Source: a virus
Virus record (IMG/VR): IMGVR_UViG_3300044712_001401
Coordinates: 1-64,000 of that record
Length of the DNA: 64,000 bases
Strand: one strand, 5' to 3'
Positions 1 to 10,112 of this stretch are shown piece by piece. The notes beneath the pieces are model-generated. The model was not told the DNA's origin and did no database searches. It saw only the letters and a list, made by a program, of their open reading frames with translations. Position numbers and translations under genes: made by a program. Positions within the stretch are counted from its first letter, which is position 1. The number at the start of each line of letters is the position of its first letter.

Positions 1-104
1 GCTTGGGGCGTGCTTGGGGCGTGCTTGGGGCGTGCTTGGGGCGTGCTTGGGGCGTGCTTGGGGCGTGCTTGGGGCGTGCTTGGGGCGTGCTTGGGGCGTG
101 CTTG
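1..104. repeat. Tandem repeat of the 11-bp unit GCTTGGGGCGT (9 full copies plus a partial one; may continue beyond the window start)
   Basis: Read directly from the sequence; perfect copies. Confidence 0.97.
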
Positions 105-162
105 CGGGCCTATAGCTTCCGGAATTATTTCTAGGATTCTTTTCAGAATTCGCGATTGTCGG

Positions 163-250
163 TTGCATCCTATGCCGACAAGGGTAGTATTACCCCATCG
201 GACGCACGGGGCGGACGAGACGTAAAGACGAAAGACGGGAGACGGGAATC
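163..250 (+). promoter_or_regulatory. Repeated early-type promoter/leader element, copy 1
   Basis: TTGCAT(163-168)-16 bp containing TATGCCGA-TAGTAT(185-190), then TCGGACGCACGGGGCGGACGAGACG and a GGGAGACGGGAA RBS before ATG 251. Confidence 0.8.
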
Positions 251-544
251 ATGAACGCGAGCATCGAAATCGAAACCGAAGCCGAAATCGCCAACAACAT
301 CACGCTCTATTTCGACATCGTCGACGGGAAGGTTGCGGCGACCGAAATCCGGGGCGATAGCGAAGGCGAATCGGCAATCGTCGCGAGCGTCGAGGACGCC
401 TACAAGCTCGCGGAGCGGATCGCGGTAAAGCACGGCTACGACGAGGCGAACTTGAGCTATCTTTTTTCCTCGTCGATCGACTTTGCGGAGGAGTACACGA
501 GCGACGCGGCGGTCCTTGCCTTTTGTGCCGAGTTGCGGGGATAG
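251..544 (+). CDS. Hypothetical acidic protein (97 aa)
   Basis: ATG directly after the repeated leader and RBS; followed by a hairpin at 556-586. Confidence 0.75.
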   Translation: MNASIEIETEAEIANNITLYFDIVDGKVAATEIRGDSEGESAIVASVEDAYKLAERIAVKHGYDEANLSYLFSSSIDFAEEYTSDAAVLAFCAELRG

Positions 545-625
545 CAAAAAGCAGGCGAGCGGCTCTCGCGGTGAGAGTCGCTCGCGTAGTTGGACACGTC
601 GCAGCAATCACGGGGAGTGGAGACT

Positions 626-1834
626 ATGTCAACGGGAACGATGGAACTAGGAGCCAGATCAACGAGCGCGGCGAGCGTGGCTCGCGGGGCGTCGCTCTTG
701 CGTCGCGAGGGGATCGCGGTGCGGCTCAAGATCGGGCGGTTTGGGTTTTCACGGGCGTTCGACGTCGAGCAGCGGGAGCGAGCGGCCGAGGAGTTTGGGG
801 CGAGTCCCGAAGTTGTCTCGGCTCGCAAGACGATCCTGGATCGACGATCCGATGCGGTCCGCGCCATTTCGGCAGTCTTGGCGGACGCGCAAAACTACTG
901 GCGATCGATGACCATCCAGTGGCCGGAGCCGGGCGTGCGAATCATGCGGCGGGAGAAAGTCTCCGAGTTTAATACGCGGATGGACCAATTTCTCGACGAG
1001 CTACAAAACGCGGTGGTTGCGGCTGACGCTGTTTACCAATCCGAGTTATTGCCGGCGGCTCGCGAGAAGCTCGGAGAGTTGTTCGACGCGAGCGACTACC
1101 CGACAACGCTTGTCGGACAGTGGGGGCTTGCGCACGAGTATATCTCGATCGAGCCGCCGGAGTATCTGAAAGACCTAGCGCCGGATATTTACGAGCAAGA
1201 GCGGGCGCGGGTCGCGGCAAAGTTCGAGGAAGCAGTTTCGCTTGCCGAGCAAGCGTTCGCGGATGAGTTCTCCAAAGTCGTCGCGGGGCTTGTGGACCGG
1301 CTTACGCCACGGGAGGTGGTAGAGTGGGAGTCGTCGATTAAAGGCGACGTCCTGGCGGTGCTCTCGCAGGCGGTGATTGGGCAGGAGTCGGGGGACGAGT
1401 ACGAGCGACACAAGCTCGCCACGGCAAAAAAGATCGAGACGTTCGGAGCGTCGCTGCGAATCGTGGACGCAAACGACAAGCGGTCAACGCGGACGTTTGA
1501 AACGGACGAGGGAGTTAGCGAGTATCTGCGCGGGATGGCGTGCGTCATCACGGGCAGGCACGTGGAGGAAAAGACGTTTCGAGACTCGGCGGTTGGAAAC
1601 CTGACGGAGTTTTTTGAACGGTTTCGGTCGTTGTCGGTAGGCTCGAATGAGCAACTCGACGCGCTCGTAACGCAGGCACAAGAGGCGCTCGCGGGGCGTT
1701 CTGCAAGCGAGATTCGGGCCGGCGGAGAGTCGCGAAACGTCGTGCGAGAGTCGCTTGCGGCAATTTCCGAGCGGCTGGAAGAACTGGCAATCAATCGTCC
1801 TCGTCGGGCGATCGCGTTGGACGACGCGGAATAG
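626..1834 (+). CDS. DUF3150-like coiled-coil protein of the Planctomycete type
   Basis: GGAG RBS before ATG 626; motifs WPEPGVR, LGELFDASDYP, PPEYL..LAP.IYEQE, FRDSAVGNLTEFFERFRSL recalled from this family; next to DUF1257 and DUF2997. Confidence 0.7.
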   Translation: MSTGTMELGARSTSAASVARGASLLRREGIAVRLKIGRFGFSRAFDVEQRERAAEEFGASPEVVSARKTILDRRSDAVRAISAVLADAQNYWRSMTIQWPEPGVRIMRREKVSEFNTRMDQFLDELQNAVVAADAVYQSELLPAAREKLGELFDASDYPTTLVGQWGLAHEYISIEPPEYLKDLAPDIYEQERARVAAKFEEAVSLAEQAFADEFSKVVAGLVDRLTPREVVEWESSIKGDVLAVLSQAVIGQESGDEYERHKLATAKKIETFGASLRIVDANDKRSTRTFETDEGVSEYLRGMACVITGRHVEEKTFRDSAVGNLTEFFERFRSLSVGSNEQLDALVTQAQEALAGRSASEIRAGGESRNVVRESLAAISERLEELAINRPRRAIALDDAE

Positions 1835-1836
1835 AC

Positions 1837-1865
1837 TTGCAATCGTTCCGGAGTTGGAATAGGAT
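1837..1865 (+). promoter_or_regulatory. Sigma70-like promoter TTGCAA-17-TAGGAT
   Basis: Intergenic, upstream of the GGAGG RBS of the 1925 gene. Confidence 0.45.
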
Positions 1866-1924
1866 TCGGAGCGGCGGTTGTTCTGCCGCTCCGTAGTTCA
1901 AAAGTCAAAACGAGGAGGCGTCAA

Positions 1925-2389
1925 GTGTCACACATCACCACATCGAAAATCGTCATCGGCGGAGATAAGCTCGACGAGTTCGCGGCGGCTTGTCGCGAGT
2001 GCGGCGTAGAGTTGGTTCGCGGCGCGTTGCAATTTCGGGCGTACGGAGGCGGGATGAACCCCTGCGTGCATAAGGTCGTTCTGCCTGGAAGAAAGGCGGC
2101 CTATGAAATCGGCCTGCGTCGGGCGCGAGTCAATGCGGACGGTTCGGTCGTCGAGGACGCGAACGGCTCGGCGTATGTCTTGGCGTTCGACGAGTGGGAC
2201 GGGGGCAAGGGGATGGTTCACGCGGTCGGGGAGGGGTGCGGGCGACTCTTGCAGGCGTTTGGGCGGGAGTCGATTCTTGCGACGGCTCGAAAAACTGGAG
2301 CAACGGTCGTCGAGACGCGGCTGCCGGACGGAACGGTGCGGATGACGGTCCGCCCGAAACCGATGGGGAAGGTCGCTCGCCAGTGGTAG
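1925..2389 (+). CDS. DUF1257 (Ycf35-like) protein
   Basis: MSHITT start, YEIGL, FDEW.GG, LLQ...G.V.E.RLPDGTVRMTV pattern; GAGGAGG RBS; adjacent to DUF2997. Confidence 0.7.
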   Translation: MSHITTSKIVIGGDKLDEFAAACRECGVELVRGALQFRAYGGGMNPCVHKVVLPGRKAAYEIGLRRARVNADGSVVEDANGSAYVLAFDEWDGGKGMVHAVGEGCGRLLQAFGRESILATARKTGATVVETRLPDGTVRMTVRPKPMGKVARQW

Positions 2390-2457
2390 CCGGTAAACGA
2401 TAGCTGCGGAGCTATCGTGGCTCCGGAGACGGTAGGAAAACTTTAAAAGGTAAAGCC

Positions 2458-2655
2458 ATGTCTGGACAAGAAATCGAAGTTACGATCGCAACGAACGGGA
2501 CGGTCAAAATTGAGGCGAAAGGGACGGTCGGCAAGGCGTGCGAGTCGCTCACGAAGCCATACGAGGATGCCATCGGGGCTCGGATGGCGGTGGCGCGAAA
2601 GCCGGAATACAACCAGACGGTCCAGGCGACGGCGCAGCGTCACGCGGGGCAGTAG
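2458..2655 (+). CDS. DUF2997 protein
   Basis: IEVTIATNGTVKIEAKGTVGKACESLTKPYEDAIG...KPEY fits the family pattern. Confidence 0.8.
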   Translation: MSGQEIEVTIATNGTVKIEAKGTVGKACESLTKPYEDAIGARMAVARKPEYNQTVQATAQRHAGQ

Positions 2656-2728
2656 CGACCAAGGCAAGGCGGCCGGCAAGTAACGCCGGCCGAGTCTCGC
2701 AAGGCTCGGACGTTTTATTGCATGCTGG

Positions 2729-2803
2729 TTGCGTCATATGCCGATTGTGGTAGTATTGAGTCGTCGGACGCACGGGGCGGACGAGACGAAACGAGACAGA
2801 CGG
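2729..2803 (+). promoter_or_regulatory. Repeated promoter/leader element, copy 2
   Basis: TTGCGT(2729)-16 bp-TAGTAT(2751), then TCGGACGCACGGGGCGGACGAGACG. Confidence 0.8.
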
Positions 2804-2844
2804 TGCGGTTATGGTGTTTTTTCAAAACAACGGAGACGAAGGCG

Positions 2845-3132
2845 ATGTGTGCGACAGTTCAAGAAACGCGAAAGCCACGGCAGACAGCTTGGGTGTTTAC
2901 GAGTTTCCAACAAGCGATGGAGACATTCCGCGAGCAATCGAGCGAAAGCCCTGGCGATGTCGGGATTGCCGTGAACGAGACTGGGTTGGTGTGGCTCGTC
3001 GGCTCGCGCGAGCAGGTCGAGGAAGTCTCCAAGATGTCGATGGAGACGGCGACGATTCAGGCAATGCAAGCGGCCGGGATGACGACGGAACTGATCGAGT
3101 GGGAGCTACGGGACTCGGGACAGGCGGACTAA
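2845..3132 (+). CDS. Hypothetical protein
   Basis: GGAG RBS and ATG 2845 downstream of promoter copy 2. Confidence 0.6.
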   Translation: MCATVQETRKPRQTAWVFTSFQQAMETFREQSSESPGDVGIAVNETGLVWLVGSREQVEEVSKMSMETATIQAMQAAGMTTELIEWELRDSGQAD

Positions 3133-3446
3133 CGATCGTCGTCCGAATCGATGGAACCGTGGAGTACGTCGACGAGCCGGAAGCCGCGCAGTATGCCGGA
3201 GGGCTCGTCGCGGGCGGGCGGACTCGCAGGGCGTCGCACGTTTGGCCGGCGGGCATTATGCGCCGGCTTGCGTTTCGTGTGCTACGCGTGGCGTTTGGCG
3301 AGCGTGGTGTAGTCGCGGGCTGGACGCGGCGGTGGCGTGGGGAGTGGGTCGTGCAAGTGATCGGCGGTGAGCGGCTCGGGCCGTTCCTGTCGCGAGACGA
3401 GGCGATCGCGGCGGAGATCGCCTATCTGAACGAGCGGATTGTCTAG
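3099..3446 (+). CDS. Conserved hypothetical protein (RASHV.P...GPF..R.EA.AAE family, usually found beside DUF1257/DUF2997)
   Basis: IVVRIDGTVEYV...RRASHVWP...LGPFLSRDEAIAAEIAYL; start uncertain. Confidence 0.65.
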   Translation: MGATGLGTGGLTIVVRIDGTVEYVDEPEAAQYAGGLVAGGRTRRASHVWPAGIMRRLAFRVLRVAFGERGVVAGWTRRWRGEWVVQVIGGERLGPFLSRDEAIAAEIAYLNERIV

Positions 3447-3459
3447 GAGGCGGAGTGAC

Positions 3460-4383
3460 GTGGACGGGAACAAAAAAAGCTATTCAGTCGCTAAAAATCC
3501 GTGTGCTGCGTGTCCGTATCGCAAAGACTGCCCATCGGGGGTATGGGACGCGTCCGAATACGACAAGCTGCCAGCGTACGATGCCGACACGGCAGAGCAG
3601 CCGGCAGGCGTTTTTTTGTGTCATGATGGCGACGCGGAGACGCGGCTCTGTCGGGGGTGGCTCGACGTGCACAAGGCAGATGAGCTGCTCGCGATTCGCT
3701 TGGCGGGGGCGTTCGGCGCAGACTTGACCAGGGTCTACGAGGCGGCGAGGGAGCCTACTGCGATTCCGTTGTTCGGCTCGGGGCGGGAAGCCTGCGAGCA
3801 CGGCAAGCGAGATATCGAGACGCCAAGCGAGGCGGCAATTGTCGCAACGGTAAAGCTCGTGCGGCGACATTCGCGGCTGCGGAAAGTCGCGGGTGGATTG
3901 ACCGGAAGTTCCGAGCTAGGTATAGATTTCAGGCAAGGAGAAATTTCGATGGGAAAGAAAACGGAGGCGACGCGACGCAAGAAAAGCGGCGGTCGTCAAG
4001 TGCGAAAAAGTCGCGGCGAGTCGCCAGTTCGGTGCAATGGCACGGTGTCTCGCAATACTGCCAAGGCGAGGCGGCTCGCGATTCAGGGGCGAGATCCTGG
4101 CGAGATCGCCAAACAGTGCGGCATCACTGTGGCAGCGTCAAAAGCGGTTCACAAAGAGGCGCAAGGTCGAGCCGGCGGAATCGGGGCCGACTGTACGACG
4201 AGCGACGCGGCGTGGCTGCTGGGCGTGACGGAGCGACGCGTTCGGGCGTTGTGTCAGCAGGGGCGCATCGAGGCGTCTTTGTTTGGCGGTTGGGCGTGGC
4301 GAATTATCACCAAATCGCTAATGGAGTTTGCGGACTCGGAGCGGGTCGTGGGGCGAAAGATTTCGACGGCCGGGGCCGAGTAA
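3460..4383 (+). CDS. DUF6283-like Cys/His domain fused in frame to a C-terminal HTH (excisionase/HTH_17-like) protein
   Basis: PCAACPYRKDCPSGVW..SEY.KL..YD...FLCH...CRGWL; C-terminal TSDAAWLLGVTERRVRALCQQGRI; internal GGAG + ATG 3949. Start approximate (near 3459-3460). Confidence 0.7.
   Translation: MDGNKKSYSVAKNPCAACPYRKDCPSGVWDASEYDKLPAYDADTAEQPAGVFLCHDGDAETRLCRGWLDVHKADELLAIRLAGAFGADLTRVYEAAREPTAIPLFGSGREACEHGKRDIETPSEAAIVATVKLVRRHSRLRKVAGGLTGSSELGIDFRQGEISMGKKTEATRRKKSGGRQVRKSRGESPVRCNGTVSRNTAKARRLAIQGRDPGEIAKQCGITVAASKAVHKEAQGRAGGIGADCTTSDAAWLLGVTERRVRALCQQGRIEASLFGGWAWRIITKSLMEFADSERVVGRKISTAGAE
3898..3926 (+). promoter_or_regulatory. Internal promoter TTGACC-17-TATAGA with the palindrome CGGAAGTTCCG overlapping the spacer
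   Basis: Followed by AAGGAG and an in-frame ATG at 3949. Confidence 0.55.
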
Positions 4384-4418
4384 TTTTTGCTGCGACAGCA
4401 ACGCGAAAGGGGCTCGGA

Positions 4419-4781
4419 GTGGCGCATCTGGTGCGGTTTCCGTTTGTGCTCGACGAGGCGCTCGTGATCGTCGAAGGCGAGTGGCGAGAGTGCCGAGTCA
4501 CGGGGGCGGTGTTGGTGCTTTACACACCACGCCAGCGTTCTCGCTATCTCGACGTGCCAGACACGCCGGAACAAGTCGAGCTAGACTCAGTCGCAAAAAT
4601 TGAAAGCGTCGAGTGGGAGCATGGGAAGCTGACCGAATCTGACGCGGGTCTTCATTATCTTAGCGAATCAGCAAGGCTGCTTCGTGAAAGCGTGGAAGCA
4701 ATCTTGTTCGCAGACGAGCGGTGGCTAGTGCGGATTGTCGACGAAAACCGGGATCGATTGGCGGTGCTCAAGTGCGGCTAG
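4419..4781 (+). CDS. Hypothetical protein
   Basis: Fills the gap in a co-oriented gene string; start uncertain. Confidence 0.55.
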   Translation: MAHLVRFPFVLDEALVIVEGEWRECRVTGAVLVLYTPRQRSRYLDVPDTPEQVELDSVAKIESVEWEHGKLTESDAGLHYLSESARLLRESVEAILFADERWLVRIVDENRDRLAVLKCG

Positions 4782-4801
4782 CGCTCTGTTATTCCGGGAC
4801 A

Positions 4802-5287
4802 ATGGCAGAGCTAGTTTCCGGAGCGAGAGACTCGAATCGGTTTGCGATGTTGGTCGCGTATTCTCGCGACGAGTATGAGCTTGCAATTGGCGACCGCAGC
4901 TCGCTCGTAATTACGGCCGATCCGAAGATGTTTGGCGTTGGTGCGCCGTCCGGGCGTGTCGTGTGGCTTGGGCATGGCGACGCGTTGGCCGAGGCGCGAG
5001 CGTATGCCGAGGCGAACGGCAGAGCCGGTTCGTCAAGCGTCTTTGTGCTGACGCCGGAAGTCTGGGACAGAATCGGAGCGGGGCTTGTCTGGTTGTTCGA
5101 CCATCGTGCTGGTCCAGGAGAACGCCGTCGGTGTTCCGTCGGGCGGCTCGCGTTTTGTGTCGCGGGCGATGTGCCTGCGATTGAACGCGCGTGCATCGGA
5201 GCGAAGCTGGGTAGTATCCTTGCCATGCACGCTGGGAATCCGTACCAACTCCGAGCGTCCGAATCGGAATCAATACGCGGGGGATAA
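4802..5287 (+). CDS. Hypothetical protein
   Basis: Co-oriented ORF abutting the next gene. Confidence 0.5.
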   Translation: MAELVSGARDSNRFAMLVAYSRDEYELAIGDRSSLVITADPKMFGVGAPSGRVVWLGHGDALAEARAYAEANGRAGSSSVFVLTPEVWDRIGAGLVWLFDHRAGPGERRRCSVGRLAFCVAGDVPAIERACIGAKLGSILAMHAGNPYQLRASESESIRGG

Positions 5288-5288
5288 C

Positions 5289-5807
5289 ATGAGCAGCGAT
5301 CACTTAGAGCCGTCAGGGACACGACCGGAGCGACACGAGCGGTGCTTCTACTGCGGCGCTCCGGTTGGGTGGCCGTTACGCGAGCCGGCCGACGCGGCGT
5401 TTGTGCCGAGGACATCGGTCTTCGTAGGAGTCGTGGCGTGTCACGAGCACCAGGATGCCGGAATCGAGTTCGCGCAAGCGTTGGTGTCAAACCTGATGTG
5501 TATCGTGTCGATTCGCCACGCCGACGGCGCGACTCTTCAAGACGCCGATGACGCGGAACTGCGAGACGATTGCCTCGCGTTGGAGGCGGAACTTGATACG
5601 CTCGACATGACGCCGGAGGAGCGTCTTTTATTTCGCGCCGTGGGATCAGGAAGCGGGCGGCTCTGGCCGGACGAGCGGCGGCGAGTCTCGGACGTACTCG
5701 ATCGGTTGTTTCCTCCGCAGTGTCTTGACGGTGAGGATATCGTCGAGGATATCGTCGAGGACGGTGGCGACGAGTACGACAGCGGCGAAAGCGACGATGC
5801 GAACTAA
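5289..5807 (+). CDS. Hypothetical protein (CxxC, acidic C-terminus)
   Basis: ATG 2 nt after the previous stop codon. Confidence 0.55.
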   Translation: MSSDHLEPSGTRPERHERCFYCGAPVGWPLREPADAAFVPRTSVFVGVVACHEHQDAGIEFAQALVSNLMCIVSIRHADGATLQDADDAELRDDCLALEAELDTLDMTPEERLLFRAVGSGSGRLWPDERRRVSDVLDRLFPPQCLDGEDIVEDIVEDGGDEYDSGESDDAN

Positions 5808-5811
5808 GGCG

Positions 5812-7546
5812 GCGAGCGAAAGGCGTGGAACATGAGCAGCGGCGAGTTGCGAGTTCGGAATTTGGGCATCCGTCGCGTGCGGGTGCGGGATATCGTCGAC
5901 AACCCGCGCAACTATCGGACGCACGGGGACGAGCAACGCGAGGGATTCGCGAAGACGGTGGCGGAAATCGGTTGGTACGGCTACCCGGACGTCTTTGAGC
6001 ACCCGGACTATCCTGGCAAGGTCATGCTGATCGACGGGGAGCTACGAACCCACCATTTGCTCGCCAAGTACGGGGCCGAGGCGGAAATCGAAGTCAACGT
6101 GACGGACTTCACGCCGGCCGAGGCGGCGAAGGCGTTGGCGACGCACGACCCGATTTCGGCGCTCGCGGGGTTCGACGGCCAGAAACACGCGGACTTGATG
6201 CGTGAATTGTCGTCCGTCGAGTCGTCGGCGGAGTTCCAGGGGTTTCTCGACTCGCTCGCGACGAGCCAGAACGAGCAATTCAAATCCGTCCTGGAAAATG
6301 TCTGCGTGGGAGGAAATACAAACCCGGACGACGTGCCAGACGAGCCATCTGTAGCGATGACCAGAGCGGGTGACTTGTGGCTGCTTGGCGAGCATCGGTT
6401 GCTCTGCGGAGACGCTGCAAATCTATCGCACGTCGAGCGACTCATGACTGGCAACAAGGCGGATATGCTTTTAACGGACCCGCCGTACGGGGTCAGCTAC
6501 GTCGGAAAAACAAAAGACGCGCTGATAGTAGAGAATGACAACCTCAGCGAAAAAGATCTCACGGCTCTCGTTGTTCGTGCGTTTGACAACGCGGCGGCAA
6601 TCTGCCGTGGCGGAGCGTACTGGTATGCAACGGTCCCGGCGGGACCGTTGCATATCCTCTTTGCCGACGATTGGAAGCGGCGCGGCGTGCTTCGGCAAAT
6701 CATGGTGTGGGTCAAAGACGCGATGGTGTTAGGGCACAGTGAGTATCACTACCAACACGAGCCGATTTTGTTCGGGTGGATTCCTGGCGAACGACACAAA
6801 AACTCCGACCGTACACGGACGACTATCTGGAAGTACGACCGCCCCAAAGCGAGCCGCGAGCATCCAACAATGAAGCCAGTCGCGTTGTGGGCGCAAGCAG
6901 TTACTGACGGATCGCGGACCGGCGAGGTTGTGTACGACCCGTTCCTCGGTTCTGGTACAACGATCATCGCGGCCGAGCAACTCGGGCGAAAGTGTTACGG
7001 GATGGAGCTAAGCCCAGTGTACTGCGATGTGATTGTCAATCGATGGGAAGCGTATACAGGCAGGTCTGCGACTTTGGTAGAGGCGACGAGCGAAAGGCGT
7101 GGGACATGAGCAGCGGCGAATTGCGAGTGCGGAATTTGGGCATCCGTCGCGTGCGGGTGCGGGATATCATCGACAACCCGCACAACTACCGGACGCACGG
7201 GGACGAGCAACGCGAGGGATTTGCGAAGACGGTGGCGGAGATCGGTTGGTACGGCTATCCGGACGTCTTCGAGCATCCGGACTATCCTGGAAAGGTCATG
7301 CTGATCGACGGGGAGCTACGAACCCACCACTTGCTCGCCAAGTACGGAGCCGAGGCGGAAATCGAAGTCAACGTGACGGACTTTACGCCGGCCGAGGCTC
7401 AGAAGGCGTTGGCGACTCACGACCCGATTTCAGCGCTCGCGGGGTTCGACGCGACCAAGCACGCGGACTTGATGCGCGAGTTGTCGTCCGTCGAATCGTC
7501 GGCCGAGTTCAAGGGGTTTCTTGACTCGCTCGCGACGAGCCAGAAC
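5812..7546 (+). repeat. Direct repeat of about 460 bp (approx. 5812-6274 and 7086-7546) covering the RBS and ParB-like domain of both MTases
   Basis: By-eye alignment; mismatches are mostly synonymous. Confidence 0.9.
5832..7109 (+). CDS. ParB-like N-terminal domain + amino-DNA methyltransferase (N6_N4_Mtase, DPPY)
   Basis: NPRNYRTH...LIDGELR (ParB-like); [35 protein letters not shown]. Confidence 0.93.
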   Translation: MSSGELRVRNLGIRRVRVRDIVDNPRNYRTHGDEQREGFAKTVAEIGWYGYPDVFEHPDYPGKVMLIDGELRTHHLLAKYGAEAEIEVNVTDFTPAEAAKALATHDPISALAGFDGQKHADLMRELSSVESSAEFQGFLDSLATSQNEQFKSVLENVCVGGNTNPDDVPDEPSVAMTRAGDLWLLGEHRLLCGDAANLSHVERLMTGNKADMLLTDPPYGVSYVGKTKDALIVENDNLSEKDLTALVVRAFDNAAAICRGGAYWYATVPAGPLHILFADDWKRRGVLRQIMVWVKDAMVLGHSEYHYQHEPILFGWIPGERHKNSDRTRTTIWKYDRPKASREHPTMKPVALWAQAVTDGSRTGEVVYDPFLGSGTTIIAAEQLGRKCYGMELSPVYCDVIVNRWEAYTGRSATLVEATSERRGT

Positions 7547-8674
7547 GCCAAGCTCGCGGAGATGCTAAATCGAGCCGACAGAACCAAAAATGTGCGGGAC
7601 GTGCCGGCGACGGCGGCGGCCGAAGAGAGCGAGACGGTGACGCGGCGCGGCGATTTGTGGCGGCTGGGCGAGCATCGGCTGCTCTGCGGCGACTCGACGA
7701 ATGCAGAGGACGTGGCGCGGCTGATGAATGGCGAAAAGGCGGATTTGTGCTTCACGTCGCCGCCATACGGGCAACAGCGAGACTACACGAATGAAGTAAA
7801 AGAAAAGTGTCAAGACTGGGACGGCCTTATGCGTGGCGTCTTTGGCAACCTGCCGATGGCCGACGCGGGGCAGGTACTCGTCAATCTCGGACTGATTCAC
7901 CGCGAGGGCGAATGGATTCCCTATTGGGATGGATGGATTGAGTGGATGCGGACGCAGGGCTGGAGGCGTTTTGGCTGGTACGTGTGGGATCAGGGACCGG
8001 GACTTCCTGGCGACTGGGCTGGCCGCTTGGCCCCATCACATGAGTTTGTCTTTCACTTTAATAAACACGCCAAAAAGCCGGATAAGACGGTGGAATGTAA
8101 GCATGCAGGACACGTCGGCCATAACAAGGGAGGACTTCGCGACGTCGATGGCAAAGTCTTAGAGTGGTCGCACCGAAACCAACCAGTGCAAGACATGAAA
8201 ATAGCGGATTCGGTCTGTCGAGTGTCGCGTGAAAAGGCATCGTACCTGCACGGCCACCCCGCCATGTTCTCAGTTGGGTTTGCGGCTTACTTCGTTGTCG
8301 CATGGCCAGGGGCGATCTACGAACCTTTTTGCGGTTCTGGCACAACGCTAATCGCCGCCGAGCAACTCGGCCGCAAATGCTACGGCATGGAGATTAGCCC
8401 GCAGTATTGCGACGTCATCGTGCGTCGCTGGGAGTCGCTCACCGGACGACAGGCGGAACGCGTCGTGGGCGGGCCGCTCGGCGACGCAGGCTGCCGAGGC
8501 GGCTCAAATGCCGAACCGGGCAGCGCGGACGCGACGGCGGCGACGTGGGGCGGCTGGGGTGGCGGATCTCAAGCGATCGGTGACGAGGTCGGCGTCGAGA
8601 TGCGGCAGCCGACGCCGGACGAGCTTGACGCGTCCGGCGTGGTCTACGTGCGGCGTTCACGCCGAGGCGGCTAG
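7106..8674 (+). CDS. ParB-like N-terminal domain + amino-DNA methyltransferase (SPPY, probably N4-cytosine)
   Basis: ATGA overlap with the previous gene; near-identical ParB-like part; [20 protein letters not shown]. Confidence 0.93.
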   Translation: MSSGELRVRNLGIRRVRVRDIIDNPHNYRTHGDEQREGFAKTVAEIGWYGYPDVFEHPDYPGKVMLIDGELRTHHLLAKYGAEAEIEVNVTDFTPAEAQKALATHDPISALAGFDATKHADLMRELSSVESSAEFKGFLDSLATSQNAKLAEMLNRADRTKNVRDVPATAAAEESETVTRRGDLWRLGEHRLLCGDSTNAEDVARLMNGEKADLCFTSPPYGQQRDYTNEVKEKCQDWDGLMRGVFGNLPMADAGQVLVNLGLIHREGEWIPYWDGWIEWMRTQGWRRFGWYVWDQGPGLPGDWAGRLAPSHEFVFHFNKHAKKPDKTVECKHAGHVGHNKGGLRDVDGKVLEWSHRNQPVQDMKIADSVCRVSREKASYLHGHPAMFSVGFAAYFVVAWPGAIYEPFCGSGTTLIAAEQLGRKCYGMEISPQYCDVIVRRWESLTGRQAERVVGGPLGDAGCRGGSNAEPGSADATAATWGGWGGGSQAIGDEVGVEMRQPTPDELDASGVVYVRRSRRGG

Positions 8675-9585
8675 GACTTCGGCTCAATCTCCGTGCGTCC
8701 GTCGGCGGCGTAGTGGCCGGTGGGGACTCGCGTAGCGACGTCGCGGTGGACGATGGTCGGCTTGATCCAGACGATGCGCGGAATTGTGCGGCCGGGGCCT
8801 GTCCAGCGTAGCGCGTGGTGCGGGCGTCTGTAATGCGGCATCGTCTCCAACGAGCGGCCGATGTGGATTCCGTTTTCGCCCCGCCGAGCGGCGCGGGCGA
8901 CCATGACCGCTAGTTGCTCTGGCGTTGCGTCTTCGCGCTTGTGCTCGTCGCGGGCGAGTAGGACCGGCTCGACGATGTCGGGGTCGCGTTCGACGAGCGA
9001 CACGAACAACGCGGCGCTGATTCCGGTCCTCGTAAGCCACTCCGTCGCGGGCTTTCCGGTTGGGGAATCGTCGGAGTCAACGGCTCGATCGGAGTAGGGG
9101 TCGCGCCCCATTAACGTCTGGACCGATTCGTTCCAGCCAATCACTCCGAGCACGAGCCCCCGCGCTGGGCGTCGCGGGTCGTTGTGCGTGAGATAGTAGC
9201 CGTCGATGGCAAACGCAATTAGCGGCTCCTGCTCTCCGTCTAGCATAGCTTTCGGATAGAACATGACGACGGCGGTGCTGATCGCAATCGGCGGCGACGA
9301 GTGACCGAACGAGATGCTGTCGGACTCGGGGAACCGAATTGCATAAACGGATTTTTGTTGCGGCTCTGGAAGTTTGGCGGCGCTCTCACAATCTGAGAGA
9401 AACCGGACCGCCGAGGGGGCGATCGACGGCCATAGCTTGACGTAATGGCGTCCGCTATTGACCCAATCGCGGCTCGCATTCAGCAGGAGTTTCGTTTCCG
9501 TTGCCGAGAGCCCCAAGTTGAACGTCGGGTCGCGGCGAAGGAGTCTCGCGGCGTGGCGCTCAATGTCGACGTCGAAGAACTTCAT
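8671..9585 (-). CDS. Hypothetical phage protein with C-terminal PH.RR.H...W.GPGR motif
   Basis: [27 protein letters not shown]; overlaps 9582..10058 by 4 nt. Confidence 0.75.
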   Translation of the reverse strand: MKFFDVDIERHAARLLRRDPTFNLGLSATETKLLLNASRDWVNSGRHYVKLWPSIAPSAVRFLSDCESAAKLPEPQQKSVYAIRFPESDSISFGHSSPPIAISTAVVMFYPKAMLDGEQEPLIAFAIDGYYLTHNDPRRPARGLVLGVIGWNESVQTLMGRDPYSDRAVDSDDSPTGKPATEWLTRTGISAALFVSLVERDPDIVEPVLLARDEHKREDATPEQLAVMVARAARRGENGIHIGRSLETMPHYRRPHHALRWTGPGRTIPRIVWIKPTIVHRDVATRVPTGHYAADGRTEIEPKS

Positions 9586-10058
9586 CGCTTGGCTCCAGCT
9601 TTGCGGTGTGGAATTTTTGGGGTGGGAGTCGCGCTCGCAACGCTGAACGAGTCAACGCCATCGCGAAATCGCGTGAGCGTCTTTACAAACCAAATCCCAT
9701 GTCGGATGGCATCGTCTTCCGTCAAGAACAAGCCGATGACTTCTGTACCGTCGACGGTGAGGGAGTGGATGTTGCGCCCGTCTCGCGTGCGAGTCGTCTT
9801 GGCGACTGCGATTTGATAGCAATGGGCCGGGCGGGTCGTCGTGGCAACGGTGGGCTCCCGCATAGAGAGCGTTTTGTCGCGAGCGGCAATGTAGAGTTGC
9901 TCGACGGTCTCAAGCGGGCTGGGCTCGCGGCGACTCAAGACGGGGGCGAACGCAAATCGGCCACATCCGGTGCAGACAATTCGCGACGTGCGAGAGTTGG
10001 GTAGAAACGTCTTTTCCAACGCGTCTCCGCACTTGGGGCATCTTTTGGCGGGGTCCAT
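9582..10058 (-). CDS. Hypothetical Zn-ribbon protein
   Basis: CPKC...CTGC; GGAG RBS. Confidence 0.6.
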   Translation of the reverse strand: MDPAKRCPKCGDALEKTFLPNSRTSRIVCTGCGRFAFAPVLSRREPSPLETVEQLYIAARDKTLSMREPTVATTTRPAHCYQIAVAKTTRTRDGRNIHSLTVDGTEVIGLFLTEDDAIRHGIWFVKTLTRFRDGVDSFSVASATPTPKIPHRKAGAKR

Positions 10059-10112
10059 CGGTCGTTCTCCGGGGAGTGTTGGGCGAGGCGTACGCGTTCC
10101 GGGCAGCGTCTC

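Noticed and set aside
10-225. ORF with GVLGACLGRAW repeats
   Set aside because: It is the translation of the 11-bp tandem repeat and runs through the promoter element.
5812-7546. MTase repeat as a diversity-generating retroelement TR/VR pair
   Set aside because: Mismatches are mainly synonymous and not adenine-specific; no reverse transcriptase in the window.
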